In this document: piece by piece, positions 32,966 to 42,498 of the stretch
How the letters are laid out: every line of letters starts with the position of its first letter
Numbering within the stretch: the first letter of the stretch is position 1
Virus record (IMG/VR): IMGVR_UViG_3300032138_000012
Location: 5,836 to 69,835 of that record
Length of the DNA stretch: 64,000 nucleotides
Direction: 5' to 3' (one strand)
From: a virus
Lineage: Duplodnaviria > Caudoviricetes
The notes under the pieces: model-generated
Told to the model about the DNA's origin: nothing
What the model saw: only the letters and a program-made list of their open reading frames with translations
The model's database searches: none
Made by a program: the position numbers and the translations under genes

Positions 32966-33212
32966 TGGGTTCCAGCTCTTCCTGCATTTTCTCCGATGTA
33001 GTTCTTTCTTCTTTCTGCCTGATGGATTCCTTCATGGAAATATCCAGTATTTCTTTTTCCTCCAGCATCTTGGTATGAAAATCTTTTTCCTCATATAAAA
33101 ATTTTGTGTAGCAATATTCACAAACACCTTTATTATCTTTGTCCACTGTATAATACACAATAGGATGGTCATCCGCGCATGAAAATGTTTTGGTGTGGAT
33201 TATTTTTATCAT
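32952..33212 (-). CDS. zf-CHCC zinc-finger protein
   Basis: FSC..DHPIVY.....GVCEYCYTKF matches the C-H-C-C pattern. Confidence 0.7.
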   Translation of the reverse strand: MIKIIHTKTFSCADDHPIVYYTVDKDNKGVCEYCYTKFLYEEKDFHTKMLEEKEILDISMKESIRQKEERTTSEKMQEELEPIDSK

Positions 33213-33538
33213 ACGACACGTCCAGTCCTTTTGCATTCATAGCAGAAACGATCAAATCGTCCTGACTTGGTAAAAGTTGTTGAACATATGTAACATTCCA
33301 TTTCACCCAGTGCCGGATCACTCTTAAAACGATGGCGCATGCGTGTCTTTGTATATTTTGAATCGGGAGGTGGTGTGTATCCATTTTTGACTTTCTCCCG
33401 GTAGAGGACTCCGAGTACGGCATTTTTAGATTTGTTAAAAATTTTTCCAACTTCCTCCGCTGTATGATTCTTAATCAACTCACCGGCAAGCTTTAAGTCT
33501 TTTTCTTTCCATTCCATTTGTGGTCCAGGTTTAACCAT
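33209..33538 (-). CDS. gcrA: GcrA-like regulator (N-terminal HTH plus Cys cluster)
   Basis: W....L.L......TAEEVGK.F.KSKNAVLG.L.R resembles the GcrA N-terminus; C-terminal CYIC..CYEC. Confidence 0.6.
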   Translation of the reverse strand: MVKPGPQMEWKEKDLKLAGELIKNHTAEEVGKIFNKSKNAVLGVLYREKVKNGYTPPPDSKYTKTRMRHRFKSDPALGEMECYICSTTFTKSGRFDRFCYECKRTGRVV

Positions 33539-33767
33539 GCTTATATCTCTTTCTGTTTCTCTTGTTCCAGCGCTTATGCCATCCATAATTGCTTATCTTG
33601 CTGCCCCCATGCTCGCACATGGCATAGAAGCGATCCTTGGCCAAAAACACTAAATTACCCGGGTAGAATCGTACCACCCAACCCTTTAAAGCCCGATATA
33701 GGCCCGCTATGAGCTTTTTTATTTGGCTGAATACCGTCGTTTCCTCGCCTGGGTCCCAAACGTCCAT
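33531..33767 (-). CDS. Hypothetical protein with basic C-terminus
   Basis: 78 aa, coupled junctions. Confidence 0.5.
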   Translation of the reverse strand: MDVWDPGEETTVFSQIKKLIAGLYRALKGWVVRFYPGNLVFLAKDRFYAMCEHGGSKISNYGWHKRWNKRNRKRYKHG

Positions 33768-33955
33768 TATTTGTCTTTTTTAGGCTCTTCGGGGTTATTT
33801 AGGAAATCATCGCACAACTGCACTGCGCCAACAAGGCCATTCAGCTGTGCCTGCATGTTTGCAAGTGCATTTTTGCCCTCAGTTATTTTTTCTTGTAAAG
33901 CATTGTGCTGCTTCACTAACATTTCTTTTTTCTTTTTTATATCTTCTGTCTTCAT
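33767..33955 (-). CDS. Small coiled-coil protein
   Basis: 62 aa heptad pattern. Confidence 0.6.
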   Translation of the reverse strand: MKTEDIKKKKEMLVKQHNALQEKITEGKNALANMQAQLNGLVGAVQLCDDFLNNPEEPKKDK

Positions 33956-34068
33956 TATTTTCTCCTTATCTTCATTCCCAAGCGGGCACGCCTTCGGTTC
34001 TTTCTCTTATTAGATCCAACCTTGCGTCTCCCCTTGTGTTTCTTTCTTTTTAAATCAGCTTTACTCAC
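33955..34068 (-). CDS. 37-aa Lys/Arg-rich microprotein (not in track)
   Basis: GTG start overlapping TAG; MSKADLKRKKHKGRRKVGSNKRKNRRRARLGMKIRRK*; TAATG overlap downstream. Confidence 0.6.
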   Translation of the reverse strand: MSKADLKRKKHKGRRKVGSNKRKNRRRARLGMKIRRK

Positions 34069-35159
34069 TATACTCCACAAAGCCCTTCGCATTCATCGGC
34101 GAACTCTTCGTCAAATGTTTCACCAAACAGGCTTTGCTGTTTCTTTGGTTCCAGGAAATTTATATCGCCTAAAGGCTTAGCTGATTTATGTAAAAATAAT
34201 TCTGCCGTTGTATTCTTTAGTCCATGTCTAATTAAATTATCAACTTCCACCGCGTCTTCAAAATCATGCGGATAGTTTTTCTGCATGTTTTTCCACTGGT
34301 CATTGTGATGGTAAGGACACCCTATGCACGAGGACTTGCCTGGCATAGGATGCTTTTTAATGTCACGGTACCACTGTAAGCAGTCCGCTCTTGACATTTT
34401 CATTTCGATCAATGGCCAACGGGATTCAATCCATGGCAATCGTGCTTTTTTCATACGCATTGCTTCATCTGTTGATATCCCAATCCACTGTTCGACAATT
34501 GTTCCTTTTTTCACGCGGTGGCGTGGCTTTACGCCAAGTATCCTCCGCATTTCCTTTTGTATGGGAATGACCTTGTAATCATGTGTACACTGTCTGTATA
34601 ACATTCCAACCTTTCCACCAGGACGCGCAGCAAACAGTGGAGGGTTTGGTACGCGTCCGGCGAAAGATTTATGCTCCTCATTTGACCCCTTAATGGGATT
34701 CGCTGCTCGAATCAAATCCTCACGGATGTTGCTTCGTTCCACAGTAATGAGTGGGCAAATCGTTATGGCTTTTTTCAGGTATTCCACATGCTCATATACG
34801 AATGAGGGTTCCCATCCAGTGTCCGCAAAAATCATGTAGTCCGGCTTGTGTTTTGTTAGTCCTTCCTGCGCCATGAGTGCGAGACAGGAAGACTGTACCC
34901 CTGCGCCGAGCGATAATATACGCATTGTGGGCTCTCTTTTGTTCCCTTCCTCATCAAGATATTCCGGTTCCTTGGTCGCAGAAACTGCCGCCATGTTATT
35001 AAGATCTTTTTTAGTAACTTTAGTAGACATCTCTTCCAAAAGCTTGCGTCTTTCAAAATCCATTTGTTCTGGGTTGATTGCAAATCCATGTTTTACTCCA
35101 TCCGCTCGTTTCTTTCCTTGTGCCCGGTACCCGGGTTTTTGGTCACTTTTAGTTGTCAT
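34068..35159 (-). CDS. PAPS-reductase-like / PP-loop adenine nucleotide alpha-hydrolase with Cys clusters
   Basis: LSLGAGVQS PP-loop variant, FADTGWE, RQCT, WIGISTDE..R, KSSCIGCPYH, C-terminal ECEGLCGV. Confidence 0.75.
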   Translation of the reverse strand: MTTKSDQKPGYRAQGKKRADGVKHGFAINPEQMDFERRKLLEEMSTKVTKKDLNNMAAVSATKEPEYLDEEGNKREPTMRILSLGAGVQSSCLALMAQEGLTKHKPDYMIFADTGWEPSFVYEHVEYLKKAITICPLITVERSNIREDLIRAANPIKGSNEEHKSFAGRVPNPPLFAARPGGKVGMLYRQCTHDYKVIPIQKEMRRILGVKPRHRVKKGTIVEQWIGISTDEAMRMKKARLPWIESRWPLIEMKMSRADCLQWYRDIKKHPMPGKSSCIGCPYHHNDQWKNMQKNYPHDFEDAVEVDNLIRHGLKNTTAELFLHKSAKPLGDINFLEPKKQQSLFGETFDEEFADECEGLCGV

Positions 35160-35661
35160 TTAGTTCTCTCAATGTTCTGATGATTTTTTGCGTATAATAT
35201 ACGTCCTCCGCATAAATTGCAAGTGTCTTTGCTAACCTCTCCGGGTCAACTATGTCGTTGATATACTGCAATAATCGCTCCTCTCTGAATTTGTTATAGT
35301 GATGGCTATTGTTTAACAATTCAATATAGTAAGATATGGATTCGCACTTAGTCTCAAAGATCCTGAGCCCCCAACTCGCATAAGGTCTATTCATGGGTTT
35401 CATTTGGTCATCTGATGGGTCGAATGTGCGGATCCCAAGGAGGTTATTGCCTTCAACAGCGAACCTGGAGCGCCCCCATTCAGACTCGTGAATGGCTTGC
35501 GCTACCACTAGATCTACAGGAATTCTTTTATCCTCTGTATATAATGAATTGAGGTGAACAATGCACGCACGTACGTCCTCAACGAATTCATCATTGTTGG
35601 TGTAATCCATTACCGGATTAAAACTTAAACAGATTAAAAGTGTCTTACAGATCCAGTTCAT
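35149..35661 (-). CDS. GH73 glucosaminidase (Bax/FlgJ-like)
   Basis: VVAQAIHESEWGRSRFAVEGNNLLGIR, YAED..Y motifs; hydrophobic N-terminus. Confidence 0.8.
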   Translation of the reverse strand: MNWICKTLLICLSFNPVMDYTNNDEFVEDVRACIVHLNSLYTEDKRIPVDLVVAQAIHESEWGRSRFAVEGNNLLGIRTFDPSDDQMKPMNRPYASWGLRIFETKCESISYYIELLNNSHHYNKFREERLLQYINDIVDPERLAKTLAIYAEDVYYTQKIIRTLRELNDN

Positions 35662-37505
35662 CCTCCCCAGCTTTCTCCTACATTAATGTCAACCTTTGAT
35701 GGAACTTCAAGTTCCACGCAAGTTTCCATAACTTCCTTTATCTTTTTACCCTCATTCTCATCCTTGACGGAACAGTTAAGCTCGTCATGCACCTGGATAT
35801 GGGGAATTATATTTAATTGTTCATAGACGTCAACCATTGCTTTCTTGGTTTGGTCCGCAGCTGAACCTTGAATCAGTCTGTTAAGTGCCTTGTATGTGAA
35901 TGCCCTTTTGATGGCATCACCATACTCCACCTTTGCTTGATTTAGTGGCAGTGCCTTGTGTACACCCCAAGATGTAGGTTCCCACAGATCAAATCTGCAT
36001 TTACGTCCCAACAGTGTACGAATGACACCCTTTGTATTGGCACGGTTCATCACCGCTTCAAGCATTCCCTGCATAAACGGTACGCGCGCACGGAAATCCG
36101 CCAGCATTTTCTTGGCTTCCTGTGGTTCAAGGTCCAAGTCACGCGCTAACTTGTTATAGCCCATGCCATACATGACTCCTAGTCCGATAGTCTTCGCAAG
36201 GCGTCTCTCCACGCCTGCCATTTCGGCCGTTTGTTGGTGAAAGTCGAGGTCCGTTTTATGATATGCTTCCTGTACTTCCCTAGCACCGGGTTGGTCGACG
36301 AGTCTTGCCCAGTGCGTAAGTAACCTGGGCTCCTGTTGCGAGTAGTCCGCTTTGAGCCAGTAGAGTCCCTGTTCCGGGATGAAAAGTTTCCTGATGTCTT
36401 TCGCGAATTGTCCCCTGCTCGGAATCTGCTGTAAATTAGGATGATTATAAGAAAAGCGACCAGTGACAGTACCTCCACTGTCAGACCTAATTTGGTTAAT
36501 GTGGGCATGTATCCTCCCGTCATTGTTGTGATTTAGCAACCCATGCAGGAAGGTTCCCCTTAGCTTGTTTAGTTCCCTCGCCTGCATAATTAACCGAGGT
36601 AACTCATGTGGATGGTCCGTAAGGAACATCTTCGTAAATGAAGGAGAATTGGTCTTTTCCGTTCTTTCATAGGGTAGGTTCAAGGCGTCAAAAGCTTTTG
36701 ATATTGACGCCGCTGCCCATATCTCTATGTTAAGACCGGTTAGATCCTTGATTCTCTTCATTAATTTTTTTTCTTTCTTTTTAAACTTGTCATTTAACTC
36801 TACGCATTTATATTGGTCAAAACGAACACCCTGTTGTGTCATTCTAAAAATAACATGAATCAATTTGCATTCGACATCATAAATAGTGGTAAGATTATCC
36901 TTGACAATCTCCCATGACAACTTCTCATGCAACTTGTAGGTTAGATCAGCGTCCGCTTCCGCGTATTCACCCACAAAAGTGGATGGTAATTTATACATCT
37001 CATTCTTGGGATCAACCCCGAAAGCGTCAGCCGCTTCCTTGAGCTTTTGTTCATTCTTGAACTCTCCTAGATACTCATGCACAATGCTGTTAAGTGTATA
37101 GGAGAACCTGTTCTCATCTATGAGTGCCGCAGCCACCATGGTGTCATGGACTCGTCCCTTTACTTCTATTCCTATTGTAGAAAGCCAACCAATATCATAT
37201 TGTGCGTTGTGAAATATTTTTTCAATGGAATCATCTTCACATACGGATTTAACATACTTAATAACTTTCTTTTCATCCATGTTTCCACCACCGGAGTGGG
37301 CAATGGGATAGTACCCCTTGAAAGAGGCATTAGCGACAGCAATGCCAATGACGTAGCCACGCTTGCGTGGCCATCCTGGACCTTCCTTGATCAAGTGTGG
37401 GTCACACGTCTCCAAGTCTACTGCTACTTTGCCTTCCAGTTTAGGAAATTCCGTGGGTGCAACCCAATTGGAATTTACTGTTTTAAAAAGATCCTGAGTC
37501 ACCAA
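35658..37505 (-). CDS. polA: Family A DNA polymerase with 3'-5' exonuclease
   Basis: VDLET, FHNAQYD, HDTM exonuclease motifs; TGRFS..PNLQQIP, KADYSQQEPR, KTIGLGVMYGMG, LNRLIQGSAAD, QVHDEL. Confidence 0.95.
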   Translation of the reverse strand: MVTQDLFKTVNSNWVAPTEFPKLEGKVAVDLETCDPHLIKEGPGWPRKRGYVIGIAVANASFKGYYPIAHSGGGNMDEKKVIKYVKSVCEDDSIEKIFHNAQYDIGWLSTIGIEVKGRVHDTMVAAALIDENRFSYTLNSIVHEYLGEFKNEQKLKEAADAFGVDPKNEMYKLPSTFVGEYAEADADLTYKLHEKLSWEIVKDNLTTIYDVECKLIHVIFRMTQQGVRFDQYKCVELNDKFKKKEKKLMKRIKDLTGLNIEIWAAASISKAFDALNLPYERTEKTNSPSFTKMFLTDHPHELPRLIMQARELNKLRGTFLHGLLNHNNDGRIHAHINQIRSDSGGTVTGRFSYNHPNLQQIPSRGQFAKDIRKLFIPEQGLYWLKADYSQQEPRLLTHWARLVDQPGAREVQEAYHKTDLDFHQQTAEMAGVERRLAKTIGLGVMYGMGYNKLARDLDLEPQEAKKMLADFRARVPFMQGMLEAVMNRANTKGVIRTLLGRKCRFDLWEPTSWGVHKALPLNQAKVEYGDAIKRAFTYKALNRLIQGSAADQTKKAMVDVYEQLNIIPHIQVHDELNCSVKDENEGKKIKEVMETCVELEVPSKVDINVGESWGG

Positions 37506-37776
37506 TTTCTCCCGCTATTGCTGCATAACCCGCCATGTCAATGAAGTTATCCAAGTTAAATTTTCCACCTTGTGTGTGTCTTGATACCTTTAACAATATC
37601 ATCATAATAGCCACGTCATCGGCTGTAATATTGGCCATTGGTCTTAACTTACCATCCAGAAATATATTCCAGAATTCCGCAATCTCTGCGTGGTTCTTGA
37701 ATGCATCTCCGTGTGATGCATTTCTATCATTAGAAATGATCTCTTTTGCTTTCTTTAATATTTCTTCCTTGGTCAT
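37483..37776 (-). CDS. DUF6378-like phage protein
   Basis: IL..A..II..DR...HGD...N...IA..W..DVA.MM.LLK..R...DN..D.AGYAA pattern. Confidence 0.65.
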   Translation of the reverse strand: MTKEEILKKAKEIISNDRNASHGDAFKNHAEIAEFWNIFLDGKLRPMANITADDVAIMMILLKVSRHTQGGKFNLDNFIDMAGYAAIAGEIGDSGSF

Positions 37777-39278
37777 ATTATAAATCCTCCCTGTCTTTGT
37801 GGCTGAACCACATGTAGTGTTTCCCTTGCGCGTGTAGTCCCTACATAGAACACACGGCATTCATCGTCTGAATCCTTTTCCATTGCCTCGTTTGCTTTCC
37901 TGGAAAGATCAGTAAGAAGCATGACATTGTCCGCTTCCCCACCTTTCGCTCCATGGATTGTGCTTAAATGAATCTTGGGATCAGTTGTTATTAACTGTCC
38001 TCTTAATTCAATTGCACGTAAAAATTCCTTGTCCCTGTTTCCCACCTTGTCAAAAGCGACATCCCACGGTCTTCCAGCCATTAACAGACCATGATGCATA
38101 ACAAGTTCTTCCAACTCATATTCATCCTTCTCAGCTGTCTTTAATCCCTTGTGTCCTCTCTCAATTCCAATTTGGGAAGACATGTAAGAATAGATGGATT
38201 TTATGTCTGTCTTTGTTGCTAATGCACCTGCGTTAAGATTCTTCCATGCATCCACGGCACTCATGAGCTTTTGGGATATGGGTAACTTGTTATTTCTCTT
38301 GTATAACAGTCCTTGCAATCTCACGTCCCTTTCAATTTCATCCAATAAATACTGTGTCCTTGCCATTATCAGCCACGTTCCTTCTTTCTTTAGATCTACA
38401 CTCTCCGGATAGGAATGAAATTGGAGAAATCCTTCCTTGTTTGTTCCTCTCCAGCTCTTTGGCCTTCTATTCCTTACCCTTCCAATAATCCTCTGTGAGA
38501 AATTCTGTACCACTCTTGGACATCTGTAAGACTGAGTGAGAACTTTGGTTTCTCCTGGCATATTAATCAAGTGTTCGACATCTGCCCCTGCCCATCTGTA
38601 GATGGCTTGGTCATCATCACCACTTATATAAATATGCTTTACATTCTGGATAATCTTATCGATCATTCTCCATTGCAATCTGCATAAGTCCTGCGCCTCG
38701 TCCACGAACACCACGTCAAGCTTGGGAATCATTCCGGAATCCAGGTACATTTCTATCATGTCAGTGAAATCCAGTAGCTCTTTTTTCTTTTTAAATTCTT
38801 CAAGGGATCTTTGGGCCCTTAATAATGCGTGCCATGAAATATCTTGCAAATTGGAACTATTATAGTGATGCTCCAGCTCCATGCATTTCATTCTTGCCAG
38901 ATTAACCTCATTTATCAACATATTATCCGTTGTAAATACTCCACCGGAATCAACACCGTCCGTAACGGATCCAAGATCCATCCCGAATGCCTGCGCAAAC
39001 TCCTTGTAATTATCTCTTGACATCACTTCCGCCTTGGTCATTCCAAGTTGATGGAATGCGAATGAATGCAATGTCCTGAAATAAGGAAGATGTTGTTCTT
39101 CTAATTTAAATTTTTTCATCGCTCTCTCACGCGCCTCAGTTGCTGCTTTCTTAGTAAAAGCCAGAAAAGCAATACGATCGGGTGGCGTTCCACGTGCCAA
39201 TTCTTCTTCCACAAGCTCCAAAAGGTTGTGTGTCTTGCCAGTTCCTGGAGGTCCCAGTATTATTTTAGTTTTTGCCAT
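37773..39278 (-). CDS. SF1 (UvrD/Rep-like) DNA helicase
   Basis: GPPGTGKT, FTKKAA, FRTLHS, VDEAQD, GDDDQAIY.W.GA, QSYR, STIHGAKGGEA, YVGTTRA. Confidence 0.9.
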   Translation of the reverse strand: MAKTKIILGPPGTGKTHNLLELVEEELARGTPPDRIAFLAFTKKAATEARERAMKKFKLEEQHLPYFRTLHSFAFHQLGMTKAEVMSRDNYKEFAQAFGMDLGSVTDGVDSGGVFTTDNMLINEVNLARMKCMELEHHYNSSNLQDISWHALLRAQRSLEEFKKKKELLDFTDMIEMYLDSGMIPKLDVVFVDEAQDLCRLQWRMIDKIIQNVKHIYISGDDDQAIYRWAGADVEHLINMPGETKVLTQSYRCPRVVQNFSQRIIGRVRNRRPKSWRGTNKEGFLQFHSYPESVDLKKEGTWLIMARTQYLLDEIERDVRLQGLLYKRNNKLPISQKLMSAVDAWKNLNAGALATKTDIKSIYSYMSSQIGIERGHKGLKTAEKDEYELEELVMHHGLLMAGRPWDVAFDKVGNRDKEFLRAIELRGQLITTDPKIHLSTIHGAKGGEADNVMLLTDLSRKANEAMEKDSDDECRVFYVGTTRARETLHVVQPQRQGGFII

Positions 39279-39612
39279 GAAAATCACACCTCCCATCTTT
39301 GTAAACGTATAATAATTTCACGCCTATTTTCTTTTGGTATTCATTAACCACTCTACTTATTCTGTATCCTTTCTTAGGACCACTTTTTCTAATAGAAACA
39401 GTCTTCACGTCCAGTTTTAAAACGTCACCGGTGTTGCGGTGAATGGCCACAAGATCAATTGGATCGTTATCCTGTGTTTTTACGTACACTAAATAATTTA
39501 GGCTAATCAACCATGCCGCTGCTATAAATTCACTGCGCTGGCCTTTCATTACTTTACTCATATCTTCTTCTAATAATTGACCGTAGTATGTTTTAGAATG
39601 GGGCATCATCAA
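39265..39612 (-). CDS. PD-(D/E)XK endonuclease (Hjc-like)
   Basis: G..SE..A..WL..PIDLVA..LDVKT motif. Confidence 0.65.
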   Translation of the reverse strand: MMMPHSKTYYGQLLEEDMSKVMKGQRSEFIAAAWLISLNYLVYVKTQDNDPIDLVAIHRNTGDVLKLDVKTVSIRKSGPKKGYRISRVVNEYQKKIGVKLLYVYKDGRCDFHGKN

Positions 39613-41083
39613 TCTCCTTTATATCAAAAGCTGAATCTTGTTGCTGGTATGCGGGCACACCCCACACTCTCACTGTTCTACCTTTAAGATTAAACTTGTC
39701 ACTCTTGCCTTTAATATTTCTTAAAGCCTGAACCAATTGTCCCGTATTAAAATATGTAAACTTGTTTCTGGTTAAGTAATCCGTAAGATCCTTTAACCTG
39801 AACCAGGTAATTCCCTCCTCTGTCCACGGCTTGCGCAGTAGTAATTCATCTCTATTTAGGGCTTGGGCACGGTCTGTACAAAACTCCTGGAGGTGAGCTT
39901 CAAACTGACCGGCCAAAGACCCATCATCAGAAACAGGAATCTTGATAAGGTTATGCATTAGCCTTTCAATTATCTCCTGCCATACTGACTGTTTTACCAG
40001 AGGAGGCATGGTGTCCAAAGAATTCATGCATTTCTTCTGAAATTTCGTTTGAATCTGTAGCTCCTCTGTTTGTAATTCCATTCGCGTATCCCCTACATCC
40101 AGAAACCAAACTGGTGGATCCGTTTGTAACTTGGTTAACGCACTAAACTCTAAAGCTGCACTGCCATTTCCTATTCCATACTTACGACCTCTGCACACTT
40201 TAGCGTTGCAATAGGAATTGATGGGTGGCTCTTTGCATCTGTAGTTGTAATCTTTTTTCTCTAATTGTTTTTGAACAATGACAACTTCTTGCGCCGCAAG
40301 AGGTGGTGTCATGTAATTTCTGTTATAGTCTTCCAATAGTGTTTTCCAACTGTCTGGATCAAACTTTCTTAAATAAACTCCTATGTTAAATAATCCATTA
40401 TTTCGTGTCCCTTCTGGAAATCCTTGTGTGCACAATTGCTGAAGGCATGGTGGACCGTCCTTTATGACGTCACCGGATACCTGGATTGCAACTTCGTCGG
40501 TACCGGCCACTGAATATTTGTTATATAAGGATACGAACTCACGCAATGTTGCGGCGGTTCCATCATCCTTGTAAGCATATCTTGTTGTATTTTTGGCGTT
40601 ATAATAGGGAAGATTTAAAAAATTTCCTAAGTCCCCTTTTTCTATTAGTATTGTGGATTGTTTTGGAAATACTTCGACGGAAGAATATCCTAGACCTGAG
40701 GCAACCTCTCGCAATTTCTCTCGTATTAATTTGGCGGATACTGGGTTTTTAAAAAACAGGAATAAGTGAAGCCCCCCGCTTTTGGATCTGCAGGGAACAA
40801 GTGGTAATTTTAATTTTCTGATGCTGTTTATTATTTTACGATAGTCAATAGGATAAGTATCAATATCAATACAACCCCACTTGGATGTATTATCAGCCAT
40901 AATAGGAATAATGCCCAAAGAAGGGCCCTCGCCATCCAAATGAGACTGCCATAAATCATCCGTGACAATTTTTTTAACAATGTAAGATTTCCCTTCCTGC
41001 TTACCGTCAGCACGCTTCCCTTCGGATTGGTGCTGACCATAAGCTACGTCGAGACCTTCAAATATATTTTTGAATTCTTCCAC
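39593..41083 (-). CDS. AEP-family primase with PriCT-like domain
   Basis: WGCIDID, RSKSGGLHLFLF, GNFLNLPY, PPCL..EGTRNNGLF motifs. Confidence 0.8.
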   Translation of the reverse strand: MEEFKNIFEGLDVAYGQHQSEGKRADGKQEGKSYIVKKIVTDDLWQSHLDGEGPSLGIIPIMADNTSKWGCIDIDTYPIDYRKIINSIRKLKLPLVPCRSKSGGLHLFLFFKNPVSAKLIREKLREVASGLGYSSVEVFPKQSTILIEKGDLGNFLNLPYYNAKNTTRYAYKDDGTAATLREFVSLYNKYSVAGTDEVAIQVSGDVIKDGPPCLQQLCTQGFPEGTRNNGLFNIGVYLRKFDPDSWKTLLEDYNRNYMTPPLAAQEVVIVQKQLEKKDYNYRCKEPPINSYCNAKVCRGRKYGIGNGSAALEFSALTKLQTDPPVWFLDVGDTRMELQTEELQIQTKFQKKCMNSLDTMPPLVKQSVWQEIIERLMHNLIKIPVSDDGSLAGQFEAHLQEFCTDRAQALNRDELLLRKPWTEEGITWFRLKDLTDYLTRNKFTYFNTGQLVQALRNIKGKSDKFNLKGRTVRVWGVPAYQQQDSAFDIKEIDDAPF

Positions 41084-41107
41084 TAAACCTCCAGTTTAGA
41101 AAACTAC

Positions 41108-41914
41108 CTAAAACGGTATGTCTTCGTCGCTTTCTTTACTGTCGGATTTAGGTGCCTCTTTTACCGGCTCCCCTTCAACAGTGGGTTTAGCTTCTATGTC
41201 TCCTCGTGATGCAGCAGTTGAAAATGATTTTGCTTCATTGTAAACGTCAGCGTCTTCAACCTGTCCTGCTTTCTCAACCTGATACCCAAACCAACTTCCA
41301 CGATCATTTGATTCACTCACGGTTGTAAGCTTATAAATGACAGCGTAGGTAGGTGGAGTAAAACTTCCCGATGGACCGTTAACTTTTTGTGTCAGCATCA
41401 AGCTGTTCCAGCGTCTGCTCTTCTTTAATTGAGTAGATGTCATGCTGATAACCGCTTGAGACCAACTACCATCTTTTGCCTGAACCATTACATAATGGTA
41501 AGCAGTAGTTGCAATGTAGTTGCCGTTTGGCAATACATCCTTAAAAGTCATTTGGTCACGTTTAGTTTTGGATAGGATCCCACTGTCGGCGTCATGTGCT
41601 TCCACAAATCCACCACCAGACTCACGGGGTTTCCATTCAACGTATCGTAATTGATAAAGCACGGGAATCACATTAAGTGAAGCACTGACTTCTTGTGTAA
41701 CAGTGTTATAAAACTGTCCCACTTGAGCGCCTGCAACATGTTCCGCTTTGGACGGATTCAGTTGAGGGCTGTTTGATTGTAGTATATTAATGTAAGGGAT
41801 TGCGATATCTCTTGACAAGTCAAGATTACCAAATCCACTCGCATCCTTTGAGTCACTAGCAAGAACTGCTAGATCTAGTTTTGTCGCAGCTGCGACTGCT
41901 TTAGTCTGTGCCAT
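41108..41914 (-). CDS. ssDNA-binding / recombination protein
   Basis: IPYINILQS.SPQ, YVEWKPR..GG, acidic C-terminus DEDIPF typical of SSBs. Confidence 0.6.
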   Translation of the reverse strand: MAQTKAVAAATKLDLAVLASDSKDASGFGNLDLSRDIAIPYINILQSNSPQLNPSKAEHVAGAQVGQFYNTVTQEVSASLNVIPVLYQLRYVEWKPRESGGGFVEAHDADSGILSKTKRDQMTFKDVLPNGNYIATTAYHYVMVQAKDGSWSQAVISMTSTQLKKSRRWNSLMLTQKVNGPSGSFTPPTYAVIYKLTTVSESNDRGSWFGYQVEKAGQVEDADVYNEAKSFSTAASRGDIEAKPTVEGEPVKEAPKSDSKESDEDIPF

Positions 41915-41928
41915 GGGGCTTTTCTCCT

Positions 41929-42498
41929 TTAATCTTTAATCGTTGTTTTTTGTCCTACGAAAGCTCCTAACAAGTCCATAGGCAATGGTTTGCCTGCTTC
42001 ATGTTGCTCACGTATAAATGCGCGAAGGGTGGAGGGTTCGACCCACTCGCGTTGCGAAGATTGGTAACCCTTTTCATTCAAAGTGTTAATCAATCCCCTA
42101 GCTTTCTCATCTTCATCCCTTCCAAAGCTACAAGAGACTTGGTTTTTGATTAGATCCCCAAATCCATTGTCTCTAAACCATTTGAATGCTGCTTCTTTTT
42201 TAGCTTCTTTAATAGATGCACCATAAAAATTGGAAACCTTTAAGTGTCTGCCGTCGGCTAGTTTTAATTCTGATAACCCAACTTCCGCAAAGAGGTTAGG
42301 CAATACATTTTCTGATAAATGTTTTTTGTAATCTTTTTTCTTTTTTAATTGATCTTCAATATCACTGATCTCTTTGTCCGTATCAGCAATATCATTTGCT
42401 ACCGCACCAATCTTACCCATGTTGTCCTGGGCCGTGGAGCCAGCATCTTGTGACATTTGGTAAATTAAATCTATTTCTTTTGGATCCAAACTAGTCAT
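41929..42498 (-). CDS. Conserved replication-module protein
   Basis: LP..F...G.SE.KL.DG..AFKWFR.NG.GDLIK..WVEPSTLRAF.RE motif. Confidence 0.65.
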   Translation of the reverse strand: MTSLDPKEIDLIYQMSQDAGSTAQDNMGKIGAVANDIADTDKEISDIEDQLKKKKDYKKHLSENVLPNLFAEVGLSELKLADGRHLKVSNFYGASIKEAKKEAAFKWFRDNGFGDLIKNQVSCSFGRDEDEKARGLINTLNEKGYQSSQREWVEPSTLRAFIREQHEAGKPLPMDLLGAFVGQKTTIKD

